A stretch of DNA of 63,575 bases, filler included, from Octopus bimaculoides (lineage: Eukaryota), in the NCBI RefSeq assembly GCF_001194135.2. It is 5 parts of 5 records of this genome, joined end to end, with 100 filler letters (N's around TTAATTAATTAA, not from the genome) between each part and the next. Parts side by side here need not be neighbours in the genome. Positions count along the whole stretch, not along the records: positions 46,283 to 52,554 come from NC_069005.1; positions 52,655 to 63,575 come from NC_068985.1; 3 more parts are not named here. One strand, written 5' to 3'. The notes under the pieces are model-generated. The model worked only from the letters and a program-made list of their open reading frames with translations. It made no database searches and was not told the origin of the DNA. Shown one piece after another: positions 50,039-61,688 of the stretch. The stretch's first letter is position 1; every line of letters starts with the position of its first letter. A program made the position numbers and the translations under genes.

Positions 50039-51605
50039 TATGGTGTATTTGACAGACTAAGAGGTCAACTATATATTACATAATCACTTAAAATGATGTT
50101 TTACTTTGAATTTGGTTAAACCAATGTTGATACCAGAAAGTGTCACCTGAACCGAATGTGTCAAGTGAGCTTTAAATTTCATTTAAAAACGGGTTTGGTT
50201 TTGGGCATGTGCCTGTATGTAGATAAGTGAAAATGGTGGGGAAAGGTTTATCAAATGACTTTTTGAAATTATAGGATTTTTGGAAGTTGTTCTAAAAATA
50301 ATATGTGCTTCTCATTATTGTTGTTAATATTATTACTATAATGAAATATTTGCATGCTTGTATTTCATATCATTAGCATCACTAAAAGCAAGCTACCACA
50401 ATGTAAACAGACAAATGCTCTTGTCTCAAATATTAACAATATTCAAATGTATATTGTAAAATCTGGGTATTAATCCCAGTAACATAGAGAAAATCATTCA
50501 AGCTTCATACCATCTCACCCTCTCTCTCTCTTTCATTTACAAAGGAAGAACAACAATTTCAATACAGCTTCATCAAGTTAGAACCTTTGTTCTTCTTCAG
50601 CTTGCTTTCTCCTCTTTATGCTTTTGCTAACAATTAAGAATAGGGTTATGACTTTTAGGCTTTTCAAAAAGGTTCATTTCATTAAAGAGAACAAACACCA
50701 CAGACAAAACAATCATCCGATGATAAAGTTGAAATGATAGCATTGAAACATTAAAAACAAAAATTAAATAAATAAAAATAAAATTTAAATATTAGTTTCT
50801 TTCCTTTTACCCCTCTATTGTTTTTTTTTTCTTTTTGTTACTACCTTTGTCACAGATATAATGATATCATTAAAACATAGGTTCTAGTATTAAATAACTG
50901 TGACGATGGAAGAATCATGGTGCCTTTTGATGGTTTTATCACCTCCCAATTTTCATCAAGTGGTAGGAAGGAAGACTTTTCATTCTGAAGCATATATTCA
51001 GATTCAATGCATCAAGCTGTCCCTTAAATGTAGTTTCTTGCAGGTTGTCAGAACAGAAGTTAACTCCTTCATTGGAACAGATAGTAGTAGTAGTAGTAGA
51101 AGTGCTGGTGCAATAATGAAGATGATGACAATGATGATGATGGTGGTAGAAGTATTCTTGCAAGTAAAACCTGCCAACAGAAAGTGTTAGAGTTATTAAG
51201 GTTACGACACACTTCAAACTGAAAAAAAAAAACATAATTCATTACAAATATGAAAGGATATATGATATGAGGGAGCATTCTCAAACAGTGCACCACAAGA
51301 GACATCTAAGTGTCTTGCAGATTTAAAAAAAATATAATTTAACCCTTCTCATATAAACTGGCCGGAAATTATCCCTGATTCTATGCTGTAGCTTTCCTAT
51401 TTAAAAATGCTATAAATTACAAGCCTCCATCAAAATATTGTTTTAATTTATGTTTCAGACACCAACTTAATGATCACAAAGTTAATTCTTACAGGCTGTA
51501 AGTGTTACAAAGTTCACTTTGCAACCACATCTTCTACTATAACCCTGAGCCAACCAATACCTTGTGAGTGAATTGTGGAGACAAAAACTGAGGAAGCCTG
51601 TCATA

Positions 51606-51660
<55 letters not shown>

Positions 51661-52109
51661 ATATATACATATATATATATATACATACACACATATATAG
51701 TCAACAGATGAGAACCAGAGATTCTCAATACAAGAGACACTTAGTAATGCTCAAATGATTCAAACTTAGACTGATATTTACAGGGGATCAATTCTGAAGG
51801 GTAAAGAATGGTTATAAGAATCCACCTTTGCACTTCTTTGCATTATGATCTGAAATATAAGATCTTTTCTACCCTCACGAACGTACATCTACCAACATTA
51901 TAATGGATCTCTGAGACCCCAGAAACAGTTGTTGGACTTAAAACACCTTTCTTGCACCCCTTTAATTTTCTCATTCATTCATACTCTGTGTAATTTGAAC
52001 CTGCCAATATATATTTTTATCTATATTTTTATTCTTAAATATTCATCGTCTGAAAGTCTCCCATTTTGCTTTTTCTCATTTTCCATTTATACATATATAC
52101 ATATGACTC

Positions 52110-52465
52110 GTCCCATGCCGGTGACACATGAAAAGCACTATTCAAGTGTGGTCATTGCCTGTTCCACTTGATTGGCTCCCATGCTGGTGGCAAGTAAAAA
52201 GCACCATTTGGTCCGGTGCCGGTGGCATGTAAAAAACACACTTTGAGTGTGGTCATTGCCAGTGCCGCCCTACTGACTACTGTGCTAGTGGCACATAAAA
52301 GACACCTACTACACTCTCGGAGTGGTTGGCGTTAGGAAGAGCATCCAGCTGTAGAAACTTTGCCAGATCAGATTGGAGCCTAGCGCAGCCTTCTGGCTTG
52401 CCAGCCCTCAGTCAGACCGTCCAACCCATGCCAGCATGGAAAGTGGATGTTAAACGATGATGATA
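52110..52465 (+). mobile_element. Family D retroposon with internal tandem subrepeats and an RTE-like (GAT)n tail
   Basis: Repeated gccggtggcacgtaaaaagcac-like units; gtggttggcgttaggaagagcatccagc; ends ccatgccagcatggaaagtggatgttaaacgatgatgat. Confidence 0.7.
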
Positions 52466-52966
52466 TTTTGTATTTCATACCCAAGCTATTATATCTAATA
52501 TGTTTATCCACATAACCACCTCTCTCTCTCTCTCTTTATGTCCCTCTCTCTCTTNNNNNNNNNNNNNNNNNNNNNNNNNNNNNNNNNNNNNNNNNNNNTT
52601 AATTAATTAANNNNNNNNNNNNNNNNNNNNNNNNNNNNNNNNNNNNNNNNNNNNATATATATATATATAACCAGTTATGTATTATTCATAAAGAATCAAG
52701 TCACTTGAACGTATAACACACCACTAACTGGCTAGATAGAATCTTACAGAGCAGAGAGTGAAGTAATCTATTATCAGAACAGAAGGCATCAATGAATAGT
52801 AAAACACTGAGCGTGGTGTAAAACAACAATAAACAAACATACAAATGGATATTAAATATTGCAACAATTGTTTTGCTAAGAATTTTATTTTGATGCAAGC
52901 ACAATACAGTTCTTTGGATTATGTAATTCTCACACTCATGAGGCAATATTCTAAATACCGTGATAT

Positions 52967-53020
52967 CAGGGCTGGATTAGGAACGGTAGAGACCCTAAGC
53001 ACTTAAAAAGATTTTGATGC

Positions 53021-53059
<39 letters not shown>

Positions 53060-54803
53060 ATTCAATATATAAACAATAACAAAACCATAAAACAAAAATT
53101 TATTTTTCAAAATGAAACAAAACTTGCAGTAAGATGGAAAATAATGTTTAATTTTGTATACTTTCACTTTATATTTGAAAAGTTTTCTCCTTTTTTTTTT
53201 AATTGCAAAGTCTTTGATCAGATCTTCCAAATCAATCTTATGTAACACTTCAGCTTCTTTACTTAGTAGAGATAAAGCATCCAGCCTGCCTTGTTGCATA
53301 GTTGTTCTGATAGGATTTTTACATAATTCAACTGAGAAAAATGAACCTTCAGCTGAGCAATTTGTGACCATTAATGTTAAAAATATAGGAAAGGCAGTGT
53401 CTACATTTAGAAAGGCACTCTCAATATTGTCTTCTACAATTGTTTTATAAAGTTCAACATGACTGAATCTTGTTTTACACAACAAGAAACTGTATGTATA
53501 TTGTATCGTACATATAGAAACTAAAACACAAAGTAGTCTTAATTAAAATAATAAATTTTTCAATATATTAACATAATATACACTCTATAAATGTGTAGAT
53601 TCTAACAACAATCAGTTTTTCTGATTGTATACACCATGTATACCATGGGAAAATTGGTGGTGATGACAGTATCATCACCACACCTCAGCACATGGAGACA
53701 TCACCAGTACCATGTAAATTGATGGAATGTTATACAAACTCAGCTTTCATCACCAGTCCAACACCATGTGAAAAATAAAAATCAGAAAATACATGCATTG
53801 CCAAAATCAACACCATGCACCATTTGGCCATTTTCATGAGTTTCATGACATTTCATTAGCACTACCAGTCTACAAAATTATGATACATTAATTATGTTAT
53901 TTGTTGTCAGTGTTATGAAAATGGAAAGGAAAGACTGAGAAAAAAAGGAAACAACTTACAAAGTTACAATATTACCATATGTGTTGTTAGCATGCTGAAT
54001 GCTGTGTGAGCCACTGAGCATTGCTGCACTCACTTCTCAGTGAATGACTGAATGAGATAGCTGACAAGAGTAAGACAAGAAGAATCACGTGTACCTCCAT
54101 GAATCGTGACACAGTTACCAGATTTTGATTTTGTTGTATTTTCAAGATGAATGATTATAATTAACTTCTATTATTGCTATTTTATTCTATATTTTGTGTC
54201 AAGAAAAAAATGCTTTTAAAAGGAAAAATATTAATAAATTGTGGGGCAATATAATTAATAATTATGATATATAACATAATTTAAACTTACAATACATTTA
54301 CACACACACACACACACACACACATGGCTAAAATGACTAAAGTTTTTGTTTTGGACTCTGCCTTTAAAATTAGGTTAGGTTATAAAAGGCAGCTACCAAA
54401 ATGAGCACTTTTGGTAAGGGTACAGATGAACACTTTTACCATATATATTTATGTAGAGAAAGAGTTATCTGAATCAGAATTTAGCATTTTCACTCTATAA
54501 ATTATTGTGTGTTGTCATTGTAAATTTGAGAAGAAATAAACTCCACACATAAATGCATTCACCAATGCATGAAACTGACTGGTAAATAATACCAACCAAC
54601 ATGTGAATAAATCATAAACTCCACCCATCTTGGTTATGATTGGTTAATTTTATATGATGTCACTATGACATTATGAAGACTTCGAAATTATATTTCCAAT
54701 CTTATAAGCCACTTCAAATATTATTTTAGCAAGTTTAAAGTGATTTTTTTGGTACCCGCTTCTCTTAATATGCTTATTTTGCTTAATGGTTAATCCAGCC
54801 CTG
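52967..54803 (-). mobile_element. Non-autonomous hAT element with a residual C-terminal dimerisation domain
   Basis: TIR CAGGGCTGGATTA at both ends. 8-bp TSD cgtgatat (52959-66) / agtgatat (54804-11). Peptide FLTLMVTNCSAEGSF...RTTMQQGRLDALSLLS...DLIKDFA at ~53170-53450. Confidence 0.9.
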
Positions 54804-56114
54804 AGTGATATAATGACTAATTAAGTAATCAATTGATTCTCAGTAAGTGGAGTTGCAAACAAAGGTGCTGATTTATAAAAAGTACAAATTGGGTGTCATG
54901 AAACTGACATTTAAGAATACTATAGAACAGGANNNNNNNNNNNNNNNNNNNNNNNNNNNNNNNNNNNNNNNNNNNNNNNNNNNNNNNNNNNNNNNNNNNN
55001 NNNNNNNNNNNNNNNNNNNNNNNNNNNNNNNNNNNNNNNNNNNNNNNNNNNNNNNNNNNNNNNNNNNNNNNNNNNNNNNNNNNNNNNNNNNNNNNNNNNN
55101 NNNNNNNNNNNNNNNNNNNNNNNNNNNNNNNNNNNNNNNNNNNNNNNNNNNNNNNNNNNNNNNNNNNNNNNNNNNNNNNNNNNNNNNNNNNNNNNNNNNN
55201 NNNNNNNNNNNNNNNNNNNNNNNNNNNNNNNNNNNNNNNNNNNNNNNNNNNNNNNNNNNNNNNNNNNNNNNNNNNNNNNNNNNNNNNNNNNNNNNNNNNN
55301 NNNNNNNNNNNNNNNNNNNNNNNNNNNNNNNNNNNNNNNNNNNNNNNNNNNNNNNNNNNNNNNNNNNNNNNNNNNNNNNNNNNNNNNNNNNNNNNNNNNN
55401 NNNNNNNNNNNNNNNNNNNNNNNNNNNNNNNNNNNNNNNNNNNNNNNNNNNNNNNNNNNNNNNNNNNNNNNNNNNNNNNNNNNNNNNNNNNNNNNNNNNN
55501 NNNNNNNNNNNNNNNNNNNNNNNNNNNNNNNNNNNNNNNNNNNNNNNNNNNNNNNNNNNNNNNNNNNNNNNNNNNNNNNNNNNNNNNNNNNNNNNNNNNN
55601 NNNNNNNNNNNNNNNNNNNNNNNNNNNNNNNNNNNNNNNNNNNNNNNNNNNNNNNNNNNNNNNNNNNNNNNNNNNNNNNNNNNNNNNNNNNNNNNNNNNN
55701 NNNNNNNNNNNNNNNNNNNNNNNNNNNNNNNNNNNNNNNNNNNNNNNNNNNNNNNNNNNNNNNNNNNNNNNNNNNNNNNNNNNNNNNNNNNNNNNNNNNN
55801 NNNNNNNNNNNNNNNNNNNNNNNNNNNNNNNNNNNNNNNNNNNNNNNNNNNNNNNNNNNNNNNNNNNNNNNNNNNNNNNNNNNNNNNNNNNNNNNNNNNN
55901 NNNNNNNNNNNNNNNNNNTATATTCACATGTATCTTTATCTACATTCATAATTTTTATATATATATATTTATATTTATATTTCGTATATCTTAAATTTTA
56001 AATTTATTATATTACCATGTCCTATTGGATATGTATCTTTTGAAATTTAAATATTAAATATTGATTTCCTGCGAATATTATTGATAATTTTATGAATTTA
56101 TTAATAATATAAAA

Positions 56115-56156
<42 letters not shown>

Positions 56157-56344
56157 TTGCTCAAAATAATAGAGCACTTAATATAAGTTCAGTTACATAT
56201 TCTTTTAGAATATTCCTTATAAAAGTTATATATATATGAAGGGGTACCCAAAACAAGTGGGAACGTTTTTTTCTGTGGGGCAAACCCGTTGTAGTTCAGG
56301 CTTGCACTGCTAGAATGCACTTGATGCAACCCTCTGGTATCAGT

Positions 56345-56578
56345 CTTATTTCTTTATTACCCACGAGGGGCTAAACACAGAGGGAACAAACAAGGACAGG
56401 CATAGGGATTAAGTCGATTACATCGACCCCAGTGTGTAACTGGTACTTAATTTATCGACCTCGAAAGGATGAAAGGCAAAGTCAACCTCGGCGGAATTTG
56501 AACTCAGAACGTAATAGCAGACGAAATACTGCTCAGCATTTCGCCCGGCGTGCTACCGATTCTGCCAGTTCGCCACCT
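56345..56578 (-). mobile_element. SINE family B, full length, inside the mariner element
   Basis: Reverse complement of the 2998-3223 pattern. Confidence 0.85.
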
Positions 56579-56591
56579 TCAAGACGGCATG

Positions 56592-56756
56592 CCAGTCCAT
56601 CGCAGCGTTACTCATTTTTGCCAGCTGAGTGGACTGGAGCAACGTGAAATGAATTGTTTTGCTCAAGAACACAACGCGTCGCCTGGTCCAGGAATCAAAA
56701 TCACAATCTTACGATCATGATGCTGACACCCTAACCACTAAGCCACGCACTTCCAC
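56592..56756 (-). mobile_element. SINE family C 5' part, inside the mariner element
   Basis: ctcatttttgccagctgagtggactggagc...ctaaccactaagccacgc. Confidence 0.75.
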
Positions 56757-56982
56757 TGGTATCAGTCTGCCAACCGGCAGCAGCAGCAGCTGAAGTCATA
56801 CTGCCATGTGGTGCATCTTTGTTTTGCAGTGCTTCTCTCCTGTTGGGGATGCTGCCATGAGCAAAACACAAGTTTATGATTGGTTTCCAACCTTCTTCAG
56901 GATGATCGTCAACCACCTGGACGAATGAAAACATCATAAAAATTCATGAACTGATCTTGGAGGACCATCACCAAACAATTTT

Positions 56983-57325
56983 ACTTGTTTCAGTCGAGCA
57001 AATCGACCCCAGAACTTATTTTTTGTAAGCCTAGTACTTATTCTATCGGTCTCTTTTGCCGAACCACTTAGTTATTGGGACGTAAACACACCAGCTTCAG
57101 TTGTCAAGCGACGTTGTGGAGACAAACACAGACACACAAACACACACACAGACATATATATATACATATATATGACAGGCTTCTTTCAGTTTCTGTCTAC
57201 CAAATCCACTCACAAGGCTTTGGTCGGCCCAAGGCTATAGTAGAAGATACTTGCCCAAGGTGTCACGCGGTGGGACTGAACCCTGAACCATGTGGTTGGT
57301 AAACGATCTACTTACCACACAGCCT
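56983..57325 (-). mobile_element. SINE family A, inside the mariner element
   Basis: Reverse-complement match to family A. Confidence 0.85.
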
Positions 57326-57829
57326 GACAAACTTGACAAACTTGTTGATATAACTGGTGTGTCTTGGAACTCTTGTCAACAAATTTCGAGCAAGGAATTG
57401 TGAATGAAGAGTTGCAGTAAGATTTGTGCCTTGCTTGTTCACGAAAAATCAAAAGCAGTCACAATTGAATGTGTGTCATGGACTGAAAGAACAATTGGAA
57501 GTTGATCCGAACCTTTTTTTTTAAAGTCATCACTGGTGATGAAAGCTGGTGGTATGGAATTTGCAGATATGGGAGAGGTGAATAAAAAAATGATGGAGAC
57601 ATTAAAAGGTATCACTTTGCGAGAGTGCCAGCACTGCTTTAAATAGTGGAAAACACATCTGGACCGATGCATTACTTCAAATTGAGAATACTTTGAAGGC
57701 AATAAAAGTGTAAACTTGTAAAACTAAATGAATAAAATAACATTACAAAATTCTGATTTCTTTTGGGTACCCCTTTGTATGTATATATATCCATAATACA
57801 TTAAAAGTCAGTTTGAATCTTGCTTGCCT

Positions 57830-58167
57830 GCAATATTACCCAGCCAAACTGGAGCATAATGGGAAAATACTATGAATTAACTTTACTCTGAATGTTAATA
57901 TGAACAGAATGAAACAAGTATCGCATAAATCGGAGCTGCAGTCATTGAGATATTCAGGGTTTTGGGGTATAAATACCCAAAATGGTGCATAATGGGAAAA
58001 TATTCCGAATTTGATTTTATCCTGAAAAGGAAGAAACTCTAACCTTTCGATGTCACATTCATTGAAAGCATGTGAAATAACCTGGAAAAGATAAAACCCA
58101 CAAAACATAACTCCATTGCTGGGAAACTCAGAGTTTCCCGGTGATCTAATGGGTCATGGGTAGTCTA

Positions 58168-58168
<1 letters not shown>
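57830..58168 (+). mobile_element. Possible Helitron/Helentron-type non-autonomous element 3' end
   Basis: Hairpin gggaaact-cag-agtttccc (58121-39), then CTAG|T at 58165-69. Internal repeat cataatgggaaaata occurs twice. Confidence 0.4.
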
Positions 58169-58204
<36 letters not shown>

Positions 58205-58675
58205 TATATTAGTTTATGTATATATTAATATTATCTCAGTTTAAAAAANNNNNNNNNNNNNNNNNNNNNNNNNNNNNNNNNNNNNNNNNNNNNNNNNNNN
58301 NNNNNNNNNNNNNNNNNNNNNNNNNNNNNNNNNNNNNNNNNNNNNNNNNNNNNNNNNNNNNNNNNNNNNNNNNNNNNNNNNNNNNNNNNNNNNNNNNNNN
58401 NNNNNNNNNNNNNNNNNNNNNNNNNNNNNNNNNNNNNNNNNNNNNNNNNNNNNNNNNNNNNNNNNNNNNNNNNNNNNNNNNNNNNNNNNNNNNNNNNNNN
58501 NNNNNNNNNNNNNNNNNNNNNNNNNNNNNNNNNNNNNNNNNNNNNNNNNNNNNNNNNNNNNNNNNNNNNNNNNNNNNNNNNNNNNNNNNNNNNNNNNNNN
58601 NNNNNNNNNNNNNNNNNNNNNNNNNNNNNNNNNNNNNNNNNNNNNNNNNNNNNNTGAGGTAACTTACGAGCTATA

Positions 58676-60550
58676 ATGTTACATGTTATTTGTCCCTCTA
58701 GGTCTGACATAGGCATTCTTAGTAAAAACATTCTGGACAAATATATACCCACTATAATTAATAAGTTAAAACTGAATCTTTGGTCTAATTCTTCTCAAGT
58801 AATAGATTGGTTTAATTCAATTAAAGATAAGAATAATACCAAATTTATACAGTTTGACATTTCTAGTTTCTACTCTTCTATTAACCCTATTATCCTTAAC
58901 AAAGAGCTTTGGTTCGCACACAATAAAGCAGGTCTTTCTAGGGATGAAATTAATGTAATTTTAGTGGCTCATAAATCTATCATTAAATTTAACAATAAAC
59001 TTTGAATCCGTAAAGATACTTCGGAGGCTTTTGATGTTCCTATCGGAAGTTCGGACTCAGCTCAAATAGCTGATGTGGTCTGTTCGTATTTATTGTATGA
59101 AATGGCAGACCAGTTCCCTAACATAAATGGAGGTCTTTACAGGGACGATTGTCTGCTATACCTCCATAAGGCGTCTGCCTAGAGCATACAAAAAGTTAAA
59201 AATAGGTTAGCTAGATTTTTCAAAAGAATGGGCTTTGGCATCGTTTTTGAGGATGAGGTCTCTGTAGCAAACTTTCTAGACGTTACTTTAGACTTACATA
59301 GTAATACTCACTTTCCCTTCCATAAACCATCAACTAATCTCAAGTACATAAGCCCCTTTAGTAACCATCCAAGACATATAACTAGTAATTTGGTTAGGAA
59401 TATCTCAATTAGGCTTTCCAAACTTTCCTCTAACTCCCAAATTTTCAATAAGGAGGCTGACTTTTATAATTCAGCCTTATTGAAGGCAGGTTAAAAGGAC
59501 AGGGTAAGGTACATCAACTCTTCTAGTGATCTTTCTCCTTCTACACAACATGATACCCCCTTTACTAGCGTGGATGAACCCACTTCTATTTCTTCCCATT
59601 CTTCTCACTTTACTGAGAAAGTGGGACATCCTTATCATTCACATAAGAGAGGTGTCCCAACTGGCTCTAAACACTTTAACAAATTCAAAATTTTTTGTTT
59701 ATTTAACCACACTAATATTGTATCTATATCTGTTGATGATAATAATATCTGGCTCATCCTCCCGTTTGAGAAGCAAGTTAAATCAAATTTGGTCCAGCAG
59801 TTCTGAGACGCGGTGAGTAGGAACTTTCCTAAGGGTTCCCACTATTACCCAATAATTAACTCGCATAAGGTTAGATTTGGGTTTTCGAATACTAAAAATT
59901 TGTTACAGATTATATTTTCCCATAATCTCAGGTTTTTAGATTCTTCTCTAGACAGCCATCCTAGATATGATTATAATATTAGTAATGTTCATACCAATAA
60001 CAACGATAATAATTACTCCGATAATTTAACACACACAAATGAAGGCAATAGTCATTTAGGTATTAATGTAGGTAGTATGTACAATATTAGGAATCATAAA
60101 AATATCTGTAACAATAATAAGATTAGCATCTCGGAATTAAATCCTAATAGAATTAAGTTTTTAAGTGCGAATGCAAGGACCAAGAATGTAGTTTACCAAT
60201 GCAAGGTAATGTCTCACGCTGATGTCTCGTTTTACATAGGTAGCTCATCGACGCAGGTCTCCAAGAGAATATCGAATCATTATTCGTCATTTAGGGATAG
60301 GAATAAAGCTAGCACCACTGGCCTAGGTAAATTTATTTGGGAACTGAAAGATTGCAATAAGCAATTCTCTTTGGAATGGTCGATACTGGCTACTTCAGTT
60401 CCCTACGACAAAGGTAAGGATTTTTGTCCTCTTTGTAACTTGGAGCTTTTCCATATTCTGTTCTCTAAGAATCGCCTAGTTAACCAAATAACACAGAGGG
60501 AGTATCGTTGTCAGCACTACAAGAGACATACCTTTATTTATTATTGTTGA
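58676..60550 (+). pseudogene. PLE RT-GIY-YIG polyprotein pseudogene, four in-frame stops and no frameshift
   Basis: Stops at TGA 59003, TAG 59180, TAA 59492 and TGA 59804, all in the frame of the RT and endonuclease motifs. Confidence 0.85.
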
Positions 60551-60650
60551 CTCCATCGTTCCAACTAGGTTAGGTTTTAAGCATTATTATTTTTTTTTTT
60601 TTTTTTCCACTAAATGTCCTCTGAATGATATCTACTTCTACATCCACCGA

Positions 60651-60962
60651 CACTTGTCTTTTATTTTCCCCTTCTATAGTTGATTAAGTAATTTCCTTCC
60701 CAGTAATGCTACTTGAGTTGCTTTGTACCACTAATTACTTTGCTTTATATATCTGATCTTCTCCTTATAAGCATGTATTTTGTTGTTATTATTTCTCAAC
60801 AAAATATCTTGTACCTTGTTCTTCCATTGATTTGCGTTAACATCAGTATATTAATATATCACAAGGTAATGATGTTTCATTTATCATGTTTACATTCTTC
60901 GCTTCAAATCAGTATGTTATTAATCTTAATTTTTTAAATATAATCTTAATATAATCTTAAAC

Positions 60963-60993
<31 letters not shown>

Positions 60994-61290
60994 TTCGGCC
61001 TCAATCACCACTAGTTCTTTATTTTCCCCTTCTACAGTTAGCTAAGTAAATTCTTCCTAGTAATGTCACATTGGTTGTTGTTCGTACCATCGGTAACTTC
61101 AACTAAGTATTTCCAATCTTCTCCTTGTAAGCGTGCACATTATTATCATTATTATTTCTCCACTAAATATCCTGTACCTTGTTTTACCATTAACTAGCAT
61201 TAATATCTGTTTAATAATACAATATATTACTAGGCTATGATGCTTTATTTATTTTTATATTCACTTTCTTCACTTCATATTAAGCATCTC
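60651..61290. repeat. Diverged ~280-bp tandem duplication in the PLE 3' region (60651-~60930 and 61009-~61290)
   Basis: Shared blocks ttttattttccccttcta, aatcttctcctt(a/g)taagc, ttattatttctc, tgtaccttgtt and tgatg.ttt.attta. Confidence 0.75.
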
Positions 61291-61593
61291 ATTAGGTTTT
61301 TCTTTAAGGAGAAAATGTTTTATATTTGATGAACTCCCTTGGTTCTCTCCCTTCCACCACTTTTGACTTAGCAATTAGCTTACGATTTTTAGTTTACTTT
61401 ACTGTGATCTATTTTGCCTTCCTCCCCCCATTTTAATCATTTAATTTAAATCTTTAACATTATGTTTACAGCCCCTTCCCTTTATAACTCTATGTAAACA
61501 AGCGTTCTTACTTCTAACGGTCACTTACTTGGCCATGTAACATTATAGCTCGTAAGTTACCTCATTATTTCGCATTTGTCTTGCTTTTATATG

Positions 61594-61688
61594 TTGATTC
61601 CCTGAAGATGAATATATGTGGAATTCCAGCAGCTCTTACTTCTTTGGAGGAGAGCACACATATATTTTGAAACATGTGTAGGAATTAA
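61594..61688 (+). ncRNA. Type I hammerhead ribozyme in the PLE terminal repeat
   Basis: Stem I UUGAUUCC (61594-601) pairs with GGAAUUAA (61681-88). Core CUGAAGA is at 61602-08. Stem II GAAUAUAUGUG pairs with CACAUAUAUUU (11 bp). GAAAC is at 61669-73, followed by a minimal palindromic stem III (ACAUGU). Predicted cleavage is after GUA (61680). Confidence 0.8.

Larger units (their letters stand above)
56237..57777 (+). mobile_element. Mariner element with TA TSD, interrupted by three SINEs
   Basis: TIRs tgaaggggtacccaaaa / ttttgggtacccctttg flanked by TA. Remnants RFVPCLFT...EVDPN...KVITGDESWWYG, plus C-terminal helices. Confidence 0.8.

Noticed and set aside
31014-52610. TTAATTAATTAA islands between N runs (31014, 42055, 46227, 52599)
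   Set aside because: Identical 12-mer with stops in all six frames, always flanked by Ns. This is an artificial assembly spacer, not biology.
4290-58752. Long ORFs of poly-X, HTHT, YIYI, CVCV, poly-M or poly-I in the ORF track
   Set aside because: They are translations of N gaps and microsatellites.
59003-59806. TGA stops in the PLE ORF as selenocysteine recoding
   Set aside because: TAG and TAA stops occur in the same frame, the first TGA sits where Trp is expected, and I identified no SECIS element. Simple decay explains it.
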